A stretch of DNA of 64,000 nucleotides, from positions 192,001 through 256,000 of the forward strand of contig JBDLRP010000021.1 in NCBI GenBank assembly GCA_039799905.1, written 5' to 3'. How positions within the stretch are numbered: position 1 is the first letter of the stretch; each line of letters starts with the position of its first letter. A program made the position numbers and the translations under genes. The stretch is from Pseudomonadota bacterium. GTDB lineage: Bacteria > Bdellovibrionota_B > Oligoflexia > Silvanigrellales > Silvanigrellaceae. Shown piece by piece: positions 20,793-30,495 of the stretch. Under the pieces are notes generated by a model, which saw only the letters and a program-made list of their open reading frames with translations, made no database searches and had not been told where the DNA came from.

Positions 20793-20826
20793 AAAAAAAA
20801 GCAGACCCTTTGCTCAGGCCTGCTTT
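20793..20826 (-). terminator. Rho-independent terminator after the acyl-CoA dehydrogenase gene
   Basis: aaagcaggcct-loop-agggtctgc followed by U8 on the minus strand. Confidence 0.6.
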
Positions 20827-20854
20827 ACCTTTGATTCGGCCGATGTCCGCCTCT

Positions 20855-22021
20855 TTAACGGTTCAGACACAGCTTTGCAATCGTCTGCAACTGCATATTC
20901 GAGGTGCCTTCGTAAATTTTCCCAATCTTTGCATCGCGGTAAAATTTCTCGGCAGGGAATTCCTTGATGAAGCCATAGCCGCCAAAAAGCTCGAGCGCGA
21001 TGCTCGAAACACGCTCGGCCACATCGCTGGCAAAGTGTTTGGCCATTGCAGCTTCGCGGACAAAGTCCATGCCGGCATCCTTGAGTCGCGCTGCATTGTA
21101 TACCATCAATTTTGCCGCCTCGATGTCAACCGCCATCTGCGCGATCTGGAACTGGACTCCCTGAAACTCGCTGAGTGCCTTGCCAAACTGCTCGCGCTGA
21201 CGAACGTAGGTCATTGCGGCCGCGTATGCGCCCTCGGCAAGACCAAGCATTTGCGCCGCAATACCAATGCGGCCTTCATTGAGCGTCTCGATTGCAATCT
21301 TGTAGCCCTTGCCGACTTCACCGAGAAGGTTCTCCTTGGGCACCTTGCAGTCTTCGAAAATGAGCTCGCACGTGCTGCTGGCGCGGATGCCAAGTTTCAT
21401 TTCCTTTTTGCCCAGAGCAAAACCGCTCATGCCTTTTTCAACAACAAAAGCTGTGATGCCTTTGTAGCCCGCCTCGGGGTTGAGGTTTGCAAAAACGATG
21501 AAAATATCTGCTTCTTTGGCGTTGGTGATAAAGACTTTCTTTCCGTTCAGACGGTAATGGGTTCCTTCGTCCCATGCACGGGTGCGCAACGCGAAGGCGT
21601 CGGAACCACTGTTGGGTTCAGTCAAGCAGTACGAACCAACTTTAGAACCGGTGAGCTGCGGCAGATATTTGTTCTTGAGGTGCTCAGTTCCCCATTTGAG
21701 GAATGCGTTTTCCACGAGAGTATTTTGCACGTCCATGAGAACGCTGACGCTCGGATCGACCTGTGCAAGAGCCTCGATAATCAAAATCGCATTGAAAAAA
21801 GTACTGCCTGTTCCGCCGTATTTTTCGGGAACCTCGACACCCATAAAGCCGAGCTCATGCATCTTGCGGATGATTGACGGATCCATCGTCTCGGTTTCAT
21901 CCATCGTGTGCACGAGCGGCGCGATTTCTTTTTTTGCAAAATCCAGCGCCGACTGGAAAAACATTTTTTCGTCTTCAGAGAGATGGGTCAGAGGTACTGA
22001 TTTTGCGTGTACGTCGGTCAT
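20855..22021 (-). CDS. Short/branched-chain acyl-CoA dehydrogenase
   Basis: YCLTEPNSGSDA, KLGIRASST, RIGIAAQ, GGYGF and IYEGTSNMQ motifs. Confidence 0.93.
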   Translation of the reverse strand: MTDVHAKSVPLTHLSEDEKMFFQSALDFAKKEIAPLVHTMDETETMDPSIIRKMHELGFMGVEVPEKYGGTGSTFFNAILIIEALAQVDPSVSVLMDVQNTLVENAFLKWGTEHLKNKYLPQLTGSKVGSYCLTEPNSGSDAFALRTRAWDEGTHYRLNGKKVFITNAKEADIFIVFANLNPEAGYKGITAFVVEKGMSGFALGKKEMKLGIRASSTCELIFEDCKVPKENLLGEVGKGYKIAIETLNEGRIGIAAQMLGLAEGAYAAAMTYVRQREQFGKALSEFQGVQFQIAQMAVDIEAAKLMVYNAARLKDAGMDFVREAAMAKHFASDVAERVSSIALELFGGYGFIKEFPAEKFYRDAKIGKIYEGTSNMQLQTIAKLCLNR

Positions 22022-22122
22022 GTGTCGTTCCTTCCTGAAATCGGTCAGCCGGCTGCGCCCTCCGGAGCCACGGCTGATTCAACCTTAGAGCGTCCGCGAT
22101 CCTCTATGCAACTTATCGGGAT

Positions 22123-23475
22123 TCATTTTGCCAAAACTTGAAGAAGTGAATCTAGAACCAGATCAAAGTGCCGATGGTCGGCGATCAGCGGCGGGGTAAA
22201 TGAAAGCACATCGCCGCGCGGTCCGGAGGGCAGCGTAATGAAGCCAAGCAACAGAAGTTGTTCAGAAATTCCTGCGGCAAAACCGGCCGGAGCAGCCGGA
22301 AACCAGATCCCGCGCATGTGACCGCGTCCCCGCAATGCAATGGGCTGTTCATTGCCAAGACCACGCTCGCGGTAGGTATTTAAGAAGCGCTCAAAACTCT
22401 GCTCAATTTTTAACAATTGCTGTTTAAACTCCGGCATTTTCCGGATGATCTCACTCACAGCCGCATGACCCACCGCACACGCCAGCGGATGACCCAGAAA
22501 AGTGCTCGTGTGGCGGGCTTCACCAGATGATTTGCCCCATGCATCCAGACAATCACCTACACATGCACTCAGCGGAAGGCCACCTCCAAGCGCCTTTCCA
22601 AGCACCATCAGATCTGGAACAACTCCCTCATGCTCATATGCGAACAATGTTCCGGTGCGCCCGAATCCAGTGTAAATCTCATCAAAAATCAACATGGTTC
22701 CAAACTGGTGCGCAAGCTTTTTTACATGCGACAAAAATCCCGAAGGCCAAGTGCGTTCCCCACCGCGACCCTGCAAAGGCTCCATCACAACTGCGGCTAC
22801 CTGACGGCTGCGCAGTGCATCCTCGAGCCGTTCAAGCACTGTGTCCCAGTGTTCGAGTGAATGTTGTTTTTGAAAAAAATCGTCATCCAGCTTTTCGCAA
22901 CCAACCGAACTTTCGAGTTGAGTGCGCGGAAATGGAATCACTGAATTTTTATTCTCGAGCCAAGGCTCAAATCCGCGGGTGAATGTGGACCGATCCGAAA
23001 GCGCGAGAGGTCCGAAATGCAATCCGTGATAGCCGCCGGAAAAACTCACGAAGCGATGCCGTCCCGTGACGATCATCGCCGTCTTGAGCGCAGACTCCAT
23101 TGCCTCGCCACCTGAAAGACTCAACACGGACTTGGCCGCATCATAGGGCGTGATGCGAGCGAGCAGCTCAAGCAGCATGACCTTGGATGCCGTGGGATGA
23201 ACGTCACCCATGCCGTGAATCAACTTCGCGGACTGCGCGCGCAAAGCGCGGCGCACCACGGGATGCCCGTGTCCCAGCGCGACAACACCAAAACACGCCG
23301 TAAAATCGAGATACCGGTTGCCATCAACGTCACTCACACGCATGCCGCGCGCCTTGTGCATCATGATCGGAAAATTTTCCGACACGTATGTCACATCGGG
23401 TGATTCAACCTTTTGCAAGCGCTCGAGCCAGCGTTTGCTTTGAGTGGTGACGCGCGGGCCCCGCCGATGTCTCAT
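22123..23475 (-). CDS. Class III PLP-dependent aminotransferase
   Basis: GYHG, EPLQGRGG, DEIYTGFGRTG, GKALGGG and HTSTFLGHPLAC motifs. Confidence 0.9.
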   Translation of the reverse strand: MRHRRGPRVTTQSKRWLERLQKVESPDVTYVSENFPIMMHKARGMRVSDVDGNRYLDFTACFGVVALGHGHPVVRRALRAQSAKLIHGMGDVHPTASKVMLLELLARITPYDAAKSVLSLSGGEAMESALKTAMIVTGRHRFVSFSGGYHGLHFGPLALSDRSTFTRGFEPWLENKNSVIPFPRTQLESSVGCEKLDDDFFQKQHSLEHWDTVLERLEDALRSRQVAAVVMEPLQGRGGERTWPSGFLSHVKKLAHQFGTMLIFDEIYTGFGRTGTLFAYEHEGVVPDLMVLGKALGGGLPLSACVGDCLDAWGKSSGEARHTSTFLGHPLACAVGHAAVSEIIRKMPEFKQQLLKIEQSFERFLNTYRERGLGNEQPIALRGRGHMRGIWFPAAPAGFAAGISEQLLLLGFITLPSGPRGDVLSFTPPLIADHRHFDLVLDSLLQVLAK

Positions 23476-23486
23476 CAGTTCAAACC

Positions 23487-26400
23487 TCAGAGTGCGCGGC
23501 GGTATTGGCCGCCGACAGCATAAAGGGCCTCGGTCATCTGCCCCAGAGTCGCAACTCGTGCGGTCTTTAGCAGCTCCTCAAAAATATTGCCATTGCGCAG
23601 TGCAACCTGCTTGAGGCTTGCGATCGCAGTATCGGTTGCCGGTGCATTCTGCTCACGCCATCCGGCAATGGCGGCAAGCCGCGCATTCTTTTCTTCGTAC
23701 GACGCGCGCGCAAGCTCGATGTTCATGTTCGCAGAAATTTCATCCTGCCGCGGATTGAGATACGTATTCACGCCGATGATGGGCAACTCTCCCGTATGCT
23801 TGAGTGTCTCGTAATAAAGGCTTTCTTCCTGAATTTTGCCTCGCTGGTACTGAGTTTCCATCGCACCCAGCACACCTCCGCGTGACGAAATACGGTCGAA
23901 CTCGGCAAGCACCGCCTCTTCCACAACGTCCGTGAGTTGCGACAAAAAGTACGAGCCCTGATTCGGATTCTCATTTTTTGCTAGACCAAATTCTCGATTG
24001 ATGATCATCTGGATTGCCATGCTTCTGCGCACGCTTTCTTCCGTAGGAGTGGTGATTGCCTCGTCGTAGGCATTCGTGTGCAGCGAGTTGCAGTTGTCAT
24101 TGATCGCAAGAAGCGCCTGCAGGGTCGTGCGGATATCGTTGAAGTCGATTTCTTGCGCGTGCAGAGAACGTCCGCTCGTCTGAATGTGATATTTGAGCTT
24201 TTGCGAGCGCTCGTTGCCGTTATACTTGTCGCGGATGGCAATAGCCCAAATCCGCCGAGCAACGCGACCGATCACCGAATACTCTGGGTCCATGCCGTTG
24301 CTGAAAAAGAACGACAGGTTGGGTGCAAAGTCGTCGATCTTCATTCCGCGGCTAAGGTAATATTCGACGTATGTGAACCCGTTGGCCAATGTGAACGCCA
24401 GCTGGGTGATTGGGTTCGCGCCCGCCTCGGCAATGTGATAGCCAGAAATGCTCACAGAATAATAATTTCGAACGTCGTGGCGGATGAAATACTCCTGAAT
24501 GTCCCCCATCATTTTCAGCGCAAAATCGGTCGAAAAAATACAGGTGTTCTGCGCCTGATCTTCCTTGAGAATGTCGGCCTGCACCGTACCGCGCACCTTC
24601 TTGAGCGTTTCAGAGCGGACTTGCGCAAACTCATCGGCATTCAAAACCCGCCCTTTGACTTTCTCGGCAGCATCTACCTGCTGATCGATTGCTGCATTCA
24701 AAAAGAAGGCAAGGATGATTGGTGCGGGACCATTGATGGTCATGCTGACGCTGGTGTTTGGGTCACACAGGTCAAAACCGGAGTATAGAGTTTTCATGTC
24801 CGCAAGAGTGGCAATGCTCACGCCGCTTTCACCAACCTTGCCGTAAATATCGGGCCGCTCGGCAGGATCATCGCCATACAATGTGACGCTATCGAAGGCT
24901 GTCGACAGTCGTTTTGCCGGATCATTCTGTGTCAAATAATGAAAGCGGCGGTTGGTTCTTTCTGGTCCGCCCTCACCCGCAAACTGCCTTTTGGGGTCCT
25001 CATCGGCGCGCTTGAAGGGAAACACACCTGCTGTGAAAGGGAACGCCCCCGGGACGTTTTCCGCACGACTGAATTTTAAAATTTCACCCCAGTCCTGTGT
25101 CTGCGGCAGCGCGACGCGCGAAATTTTTGTTCCCGACAAACTCACGTTGGTCGTGGGAACCTCAAAAAGTTTTCCGCGTACTTCATATTTGTACTTGTCA
25201 CCACGATAGTTTGCACAGAGTGCATCCCAATCAGCCAGAGTCTTGCGGTAGTCTTCCGACAAAGCGGCCCTGCGATCTTCGAGAGTTTTTTGATTTTGTG
25301 TCGAAGGTGGAAGAATTTTTGCCGCACGTTCCAGAGCCTGAACATCGCGGGCAAGCTCAGCAACCGACTCGGTTTCCTGATGATACGCGCGCACAGTGGC
25401 AGCAATTTCGCTCAGGTAATTGGTTCTGTTTTGCGGAATAATGGGAGCCACTTGAGTGCTCTTTTGCGCGGCCGGCAAGTTCAGATGCGGTACCCATTGC
25501 TTCGAACCGCAACGCTGGTTGAGAGTTTCAACCAACGCACCGTATAGGGCATTGACACCATCATCGTTGAATTTGGATGCAATTGTTCCGAACAACGGAT
25601 AGGCGTCTTCACTGATATGCCGCCCCTGAAAACGCGAACGGCGCAGCTGTGCCCTCACATCCCGATAGGCATCTTCCGAGCCGCGCCGGTCGAATTTATT
25701 GATTGCGATAAGGTCGGCAAAATCGAGCATATCGATTTTCTCAAGCTGTGTCGCAGCGCCGTACTCGCTTGTCATGACGTACATCGCCAAATTGCTCACA
25801 CCGAGAATTCCTGTATCGCCCTGCCCGATTCCACTGGTTTCGACGATGACCAAATCAAACCCACTCGATCGCGCCAAAGCAATTGCATCATGCATCACTG
25901 CGGCAAGTTCGCTCTTGCTTCCGCGTGTGGCAAAGCTTCGCATAAAGACGTTTTGGTGATTGATGGCATTCATGCGGATGCGATCGCCCAGCAGAGCTCC
26001 GCCGGTTTTTTTCTTGGACGGATCTACACTGAAAATACAAATTTTTCGCTCAGGAAAATCGAGGGTAAAACGCCTGATAATTTCATCGGTCAGACTGCTC
26101 TTTCCGGCACCGCCAGTGCCCGTCACGCCCAACACCAGCGGGTGACTTGCCTTGTGTTCAGCACCTTCGGATTCCAGAGAACCCTTCAGCCTGCCAGCAA
26201 CGATCTGCTGTTGCACTTTGGGCGGCAAAACACGCGCTTCGTTTTCCAACAATGTCAAAGCGCGAGCGAGCCTGAGCGTTTCCTCGGCACGGATTTCGGT
26301 CTCGTTGAGAGCAGGATTCCATGCGCTGAAGGAAAAATCCGAGCGTTCGAGCATGTCGGCAATCATGCCGGTCAGACCAAGCTTCCGGCCATCGTCAGGG

Positions 26401-26768
26401 GAGTAGATGCGTGTCACACCGCCACGATGAAGGTCCTCAACTTCGGATGGGATAATGACTCCGCCCCCGCCGCCAAAAATTCTTACGTCCGAGCGGCCGG
26501 CTGCATTGAGGCATTCGCGCATGTATTTGAAAAATTCGACGTGACCGCCCTGATAAGAGCTGACGGCAACGGCCTGCGCATCTTCCTGCAGAACAGCGCG
26601 GACAATTTCCTGCACGCTGCGGTTGTGCCCGAGATGAATGACTTCGGCACCCCCCTGTTGCAGCAGGCGCCGCATAATGTTGATGCTCGCATCGTGTCCG
26701 TCGAAAAGAGCAGTCGCTGTCACGAAGCGGATTTTGTTCTTGAGCGTGTAGGGGATTGTCGTGTCCAT
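23487..26768 (-). CDS. icmF: Fused isobutyryl-CoA mutase / MeaB-type GTPase (IcmF)
   Basis: N-terminal B12-binding [23 protein letters not shown]-loop, NKFD, RQFAGEG, and a mutase barrel ([11 protein letters not shown]); 1093 aa. Confidence 0.95.
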   Translation of the reverse strand: MDTTIPYTLKNKIRFVTATALFDGHDASINIMRRLLQQGGAEVIHLGHNRSVQEIVRAVLQEDAQAVAVSSYQGGHVEFFKYMRECLNAAGRSDVRIFGGGGGVIIPSEVEDLHRGGVTRIYSPDDGRKLGLTGMIADMLERSDFSFSAWNPALNETEIRAEETLRLARALTLLENEARVLPPKVQQQIVAGRLKGSLESEGAEHKASHPLVLGVTGTGGAGKSSLTDEIIRRFTLDFPERKICIFSVDPSKKKTGGALLGDRIRMNAINHQNVFMRSFATRGSKSELAAVMHDAIALARSSGFDLVIVETSGIGQGDTGILGVSNLAMYVMTSEYGAATQLEKIDMLDFADLIAINKFDRRGSEDAYRDVRAQLRRSRFQGRHISEDAYPLFGTIASKFNDDGVNALYGALVETLNQRCGSKQWVPHLNLPAAQKSTQVAPIIPQNRTNYLSEIAATVRAYHQETESVAELARDVQALERAAKILPPSTQNQKTLEDRRAALSEDYRKTLADWDALCANYRGDKYKYEVRGKLFEVPTTNVSLSGTKISRVALPQTQDWGEILKFSRAENVPGAFPFTAGVFPFKRADEDPKRQFAGEGGPERTNRRFHYLTQNDPAKRLSTAFDSVTLYGDDPAERPDIYGKVGESGVSIATLADMKTLYSGFDLCDPNTSVSMTINGPAPIILAFFLNAAIDQQVDAAEKVKGRVLNADEFAQVRSETLKKVRGTVQADILKEDQAQNTCIFSTDFALKMMGDIQEYFIRHDVRNYYSVSISGYHIAEAGANPITQLAFTLANGFTYVEYYLSRGMKIDDFAPNLSFFFSNGMDPEYSVIGRVARRIWAIAIRDKYNGNERSQKLKYHIQTSGRSLHAQEIDFNDIRTTLQALLAINDNCNSLHTNAYDEAITTPTEESVRRSMAIQMIINREFGLAKNENPNQGSYFLSQLTDVVEEAVLAEFDRISSRGGVLGAMETQYQRGKIQEESLYYETLKHTGELPIIGVNTYLNPRQDEISANMNIELARASYEEKNARLAAIAGWREQNAPATDTAIASLKQVALRNGNIFEELLKTARVATLGQMTEALYAVGGQYRRAL

Positions 26769-26914
26769 TCTGTTCTCCGAACCCGTAGGCTGTCTGATTG
26801 CCGACTTTCATAGCGCGCAAAGCCCCCCAGACTCAACAGCGTGGCGGCTCTGACACGATAATATCGCCTTAAGTTCTAAGGCATTGTATTCTTTGTCATC
26901 CTTGGAGGTGTGTC

Positions 26915-28450
26915 ATGTGGCCCAAGAAGCTCAGCGAGATTGCACAGATTTTGGGAGTTCCGAGTCCGTCCTCATATGCGACGGCGAGTTCTGACTCACA
27001 GCCTGTGGTTCACTCTCTTTGCACGGACAGCCGTAAACTTACCCGTGGAGAGCTCTTCGTCGCCATCAAGGGAGACACTCATGATGGTCATAAATTCGTT
27101 GAAAACTCTTTGAAACAGGGTGCAGTCGCAGCCTTAGTTGAAAAATCATGGCTCGACGGGCATCCGGCGCTGTCGGAGCTCTGCATTGCCGTCGCGGACA
27201 CGACTCAGGCACTCCGCACTCTTGGTAAAGCTTTCCGCAGTGAGTTTTCATTTCCCTTGATTGCGGTCGGCGGCAGCAACGGCAAGACGACGACAAAAGA
27301 GATGCTGGCGAGCCTTTTGAGCGGCACAAGCAATAAAATCACACGCACACACAAGAGCGAAAACGGATTTCTTGGGCTGGCGGTGACCCTCACCCAAACT
27401 GCCCACAACAAGTCACAGCCGCCCAAGGCTTTGGTAGCCGAAATCGGTATCGATGATGTCGGAGCCATGAGCGAACACGTCGCAATTGCCACTCCCGATT
27501 TTGCGCTTCTGACCGCTCTCGGTCCGGAGCATCTCGCGGGATTAGGCACTTGGGATAAGGCTGTTGAAGAAGAGCTTTTATTATTCCGTAACTCGCCCAA
27601 AGATTGCCGCCGCATTTGGCAACTCTGTGAGCCCCGACTCGCAGAAGTTGCCGACGAGGTTCGGATTGGAGACGCTGTCGTCATCGACGTTCTCAGCAAA
27701 ATTCAGCTGCCGGCGCAGCTCCAACAGCTCGTGGCAGAGAAAAAAATTGCGACTCTCCAGTTTGAACTGATTGAACAAAAGGCAACCTTTTCGACAGTGA
27801 GGGCGGTCTGGCTGAGCGCGATAACAAATGGCCAGAGCGATCAATGGGAGGCAGCATTTAAAGTGCCGCTTCCCGGAATTCACAATGCACAGAATTTTGC
27901 GCTCGCACTTGCGACAGCTGCGCACACTGGCTGTCAAAAGAACGAACTTGAACAGGCATGGATGACCTTCACGCCGCCCGAGATGCGCTCGCGCATTGTG
28001 AATCTGAACAAAGGCATCACGCTCTACGACGACTGCTACAACGCAAGTCCGGCGAGCATGGACGCTGCATTCGACGCCCTGCTGTCAGATGAATGGAAAG
28101 GCCGTCACAAGGTTGTGATCCTCGGCGACATGCTCGACCTCGGCGGGGAGTCAAAGAGTTGGCATCTCAAACTGGTCGAAAAACTACTGAAAATCGAAAA
28201 CTCAGACTTGTGCCTGTTCGGAAGCGCCATGTATGATGTCTACAACGAAATCAAAACCAATTATTCCCGAGAATTGCAGACAGGAAACATCCGTCTGCAG
28301 CACGCGGGCGCAGACGTGGATCCGGCTCGGTTTGTTGATGAACTGGACGGAAAAATTGCTGGCGCCGTCGTGTTGGTCAAAGGCAGCCGGGGCATGGATT
28401 TGGGGCGTTTTGTGAAATCATGTGAGGCATGGTCTGCGGCTCAGGGTTGA
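26915..28450 (+). CDS. murF: UDP-N-acetylmuramoyl-tripeptide--D-Ala-D-Ala ligase
   Basis: TDSR, GSNGKTTTKE, DCYNASP, LGDMLDLG and VKGSRG motifs. Confidence 0.92.
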   Translation: MWPKKLSEIAQILGVPSPSSYATASSDSQPVVHSLCTDSRKLTRGELFVAIKGDTHDGHKFVENSLKQGAVAALVEKSWLDGHPALSELCIAVADTTQALRTLGKAFRSEFSFPLIAVGGSNGKTTTKEMLASLLSGTSNKITRTHKSENGFLGLAVTLTQTAHNKSQPPKALVAEIGIDDVGAMSEHVAIATPDFALLTALGPEHLAGLGTWDKAVEEELLLFRNSPKDCRRIWQLCEPRLAEVADEVRIGDAVVIDVLSKIQLPAQLQQLVAEKKIATLQFELIEQKATFSTVRAVWLSAITNGQSDQWEAAFKVPLPGIHNAQNFALALATAAHTGCQKNELEQAWMTFTPPEMRSRIVNLNKGITLYDDCYNASPASMDAAFDALLSDEWKGRHKVVILGDMLDLGGESKSWHLKLVEKLLKIENSDLCLFGSAMYDVYNEIKTNYSRELQTGNIRLQHAGADVDPARFVDELDGKIAGAVVLVKGSRGMDLGRFVKSCEAWSAAQG

Positions 28451-28483
28451 GCCGCTGTCCAGCCTGACTTTCTTGGAGTGTTC

Positions 28484-28756
28484 ATGCGACCTGAGACACT
28501 ACAGGAAGAACTCTCAAGGATTCTGGAAGCCAGCTTTTCCAGACACGGTGCAGACGAAAGCGAGGAGCTTTGTCTGTCCGAGGATGAAATGTTCGAGCTG
28601 TGGAATCTTCTCGGCGAAGAGCTTGGGATCGATCTGTCGTTTGCGACTCCTGACCAGCGGCAGCTTCTTTTCGAATCCTGCGAACACGGTAAAAAACTCT
28701 CTCCGAAAGCGTTTGGCTCGCTTCTCTGGCTGGTCTATTACGGCGACCTCATGTGA
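28484..28756 (+). CDS. Small acidic hypothetical protein
   Basis: GGAG before ATG 28484; fills the gap between murF and tRNA-Arg. Confidence 0.6.
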   Translation: MRPETLQEELSRILEASFSRHGADESEELCLSEDEMFELWNLLGEELGIDLSFATPDQRQLLFESCEHGKKLSPKAFGSLLWLVYYGDLM

Positions 28757-28769
28757 GGACATGAAAGCC

Positions 28770-28798
28770 TTGCCGCCCCGACAGACTGGTGCTATCAG
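28770..28798 (+). promoter_or_regulatory. Putative sigma70 promoter of tRNA-Arg
   Basis: TTGCCG-N17-TATCAG with an extended TG, 10 nt before the tRNA. Confidence 0.4.
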
Positions 28799-28808
28799 CT
28801 CGGTCAAC

Positions 28809-28883
28809 GGTCCCGTGGTGAAGTGGATATCACGCAAGCCTCCGAAGCTTGAAGCCCATGTTCGATTCATGGCGGGACCGCCA
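28809..28883 (+). tRNA. tRNA-Arg (anticodon CCG)
   Basis: GGTCCCG/CGGGACC acceptor stem, GTGA/TCAC D stem, CAAGC-CTCCGAA-GCTTG anticodon arm, CCATG-TTCGATT-CATGG T arm, encoded CCA. Confidence 0.95.
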
Positions 28884-28965
28884 GTCTTCTGACCCACCGT
28901 CAACCCCACTCAAACGCTCAGCAATGCTAGACTTTACGCATCAGAGAGCTGCGTGGGGTGCAATT

Positions 28966-30465
28966 ATGCGCAAATTTATTTCTCAGGCGACACTGGTCGC
29001 TTTTGCGGGCGTTTTCGTGTTCCAATCACGTAATGCACACGCACAAGAGACTGTCTCACAGCAAGACACACAACCAGCAGCCACAACTACGGACCCAGAG
29101 CAAAACGGGACACCAGCACCCACAACGATTGAACCAAAGCAAGGCGGGATACCTAAGCCGAATCCGATCAAAGTTCAGCCGCCAAAGTCAGACGATGAGA
29201 ATGCAAAAGTCGAAGAACAGTCAAAAATCAAAGAGCGTATTGAGCGGAAAACAAAGACCAAAGTTGTCAAAGGCGACATTACAGGAACTGGATTCGGCAT
29301 TTTCGGCGGAGCCGATCTTGGGCTTATTTTCACGGCACCCACCGACGAAGTTTACAAATCCATTGAAAGCTCACAATTGGGAGTCGCCCCGACGTTCAAA
29401 TTCGGTGGCAGTGTTTTCACGCGCCGCATTGCGCTGGATTTTGGACTGGGACTTCAATACGCCTATTACACTGGAACACTCATCGCGCTCCCATCCATTG
29501 ATGATTTCGGAGACGTCGAGTTTATTCCGCTCAATAAAAAATACTCCAACACGCAAGCTGCCATGCACATCGAGGCAGCCGGTCGACTCCGTTTCAAAGA
29601 AAAATTGCAGGCAGGCTTGCTCGCGAATGTTCTCTTTTCTGCCTCGTCCGGTGCATTCTCGTCACTTCCGGACGTCGAGGGCGACAATGCAGAAAAATAT
29701 ATCGCTCTTATCGGACCTCAGCTTGTTTATGAAACCAATTTCAAAAACTACATTTCAAGAATCTACGGCAGCTTTCTCATTTCACTGACGAGCACCAGAC
29801 GAACCGCTTATGTTGCGACGATCGGCACTGGCCTTGGCTCTTTTCTGGTCAACCCCGTATCAATTGTCAAAACGCAATCAGAAACAAAATTTCGCACAAA
29901 GATCACCCGAGAAACAATCAACTTGAAGGCCCAAAGTGCTGACGTAAGCGACAACGTGAGCTTTATTTTTGACTCGCAGATGGTCAACTTCAAACTCAAC
30001 AGCGCAGAGCTCAATCCAAAATCAGCTGGATTCATCGGTGAGCTTGGCGAAATGTTTGCGCGCGAGCGGGACCTGTGGGGCAAGCTATTGATTGAGGGCC
30101 ACACAGACTCGCGCGGTTCACAGGCGTACAACATGAAACTATCGACGATGCGCGCACGTTCGGTGCTTGAAACACTCGAGAAAGCAGGGGTTGCGCGTGA
30201 GTCGATGGAAGCAGCTGGACTCGGTCCGACTCGCCTCCTTGTCAATCCAGAGCAGAATGACGTCGATTACGCGCGCAACAGACGCGTTGAAATTCGAATT
30301 CTCGGTCTTAAGGATGCTCGAGCCCTGCGAAAATACGTCGATGAGATTCAGGCAAAGTATTTCGGCAAACCTGCAGAGGTCAGAACCGTACCGATTCCAA
30401 AGCGCATGACGCCGGATGAATCAGCAACACCTCAGGAACCGGTCTTTGATCCGGGGCTTGAGTAA
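28966..30465 (+). CDS. OmpA-family outer-membrane protein (beta-barrel plus peptidoglycan-binding domain)
   Basis: Signal peptide (AHA-Q), barrel-like middle, C-terminal IEGHTDSRG...NMKLSTMRA...NRRVEI. The track start at 28849 lies inside the tRNA, so ATG 28966 is preferred. Confidence 0.85.
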   Translation: MRKFISQATLVAFAGVFVFQSRNAHAQETVSQQDTQPAATTTDPEQNGTPAPTTIEPKQGGIPKPNPIKVQPPKSDDENAKVEEQSKIKERIERKTKTKVVKGDITGTGFGIFGGADLGLIFTAPTDEVYKSIESSQLGVAPTFKFGGSVFTRRIALDFGLGLQYAYYTGTLIALPSIDDFGDVEFIPLNKKYSNTQAAMHIEAAGRLRFKEKLQAGLLANVLFSASSGAFSSLPDVEGDNAEKYIALIGPQLVYETNFKNYISRIYGSFLISLTSTRRTAYVATIGTGLGSFLVNPVSIVKTQSETKFRTKITRETINLKAQSADVSDNVSFIFDSQMVNFKLNSAELNPKSAGFIGELGEMFARERDLWGKLLIEGHTDSRGSQAYNMKLSTMRARSVLETLEKAGVARESMEAAGLGPTRLLVNPEQNDVDYARNRRVEIRILGLKDARALRKYVDEIQAKYFGKPAEVRTVPIPKRMTPDESATPQEPVFDPGLE

Positions 30466-30495
30466 AAACCGAAAATGTTTTTCCGCGAGGTAAAG

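Noticed and set aside
20810..21877. 355-aa plus-strand ORF
   Set aside because: Antisense shadow of the well-supported acyl-CoA dehydrogenase; no motifs.
22113..22141. Sigma28-like promoter TCAAGTTT-N13-CCCGATAA, and similar sites near 5630, 20840, 44285 and 60020
   Set aside because: Spacing differs from the canonical N11 or the -35 box is poor, and the sites are inconsistent with one another.
25617..26813. 398-aa plus-strand ORF (also 24078..24788)
   Set aside because: Antisense to icmF; typical codon-bias shadow ORFs.
26769..26914. Cobalamin riboswitch upstream of icmF
   Set aside because: No GGGAA, GCCACUG or B12-box elements seen.
28422..28909. ORFs 28422..28892 and 28514..28909
   Set aside because: They overlap the tRNA-Arg gene and the small acidic CDS.
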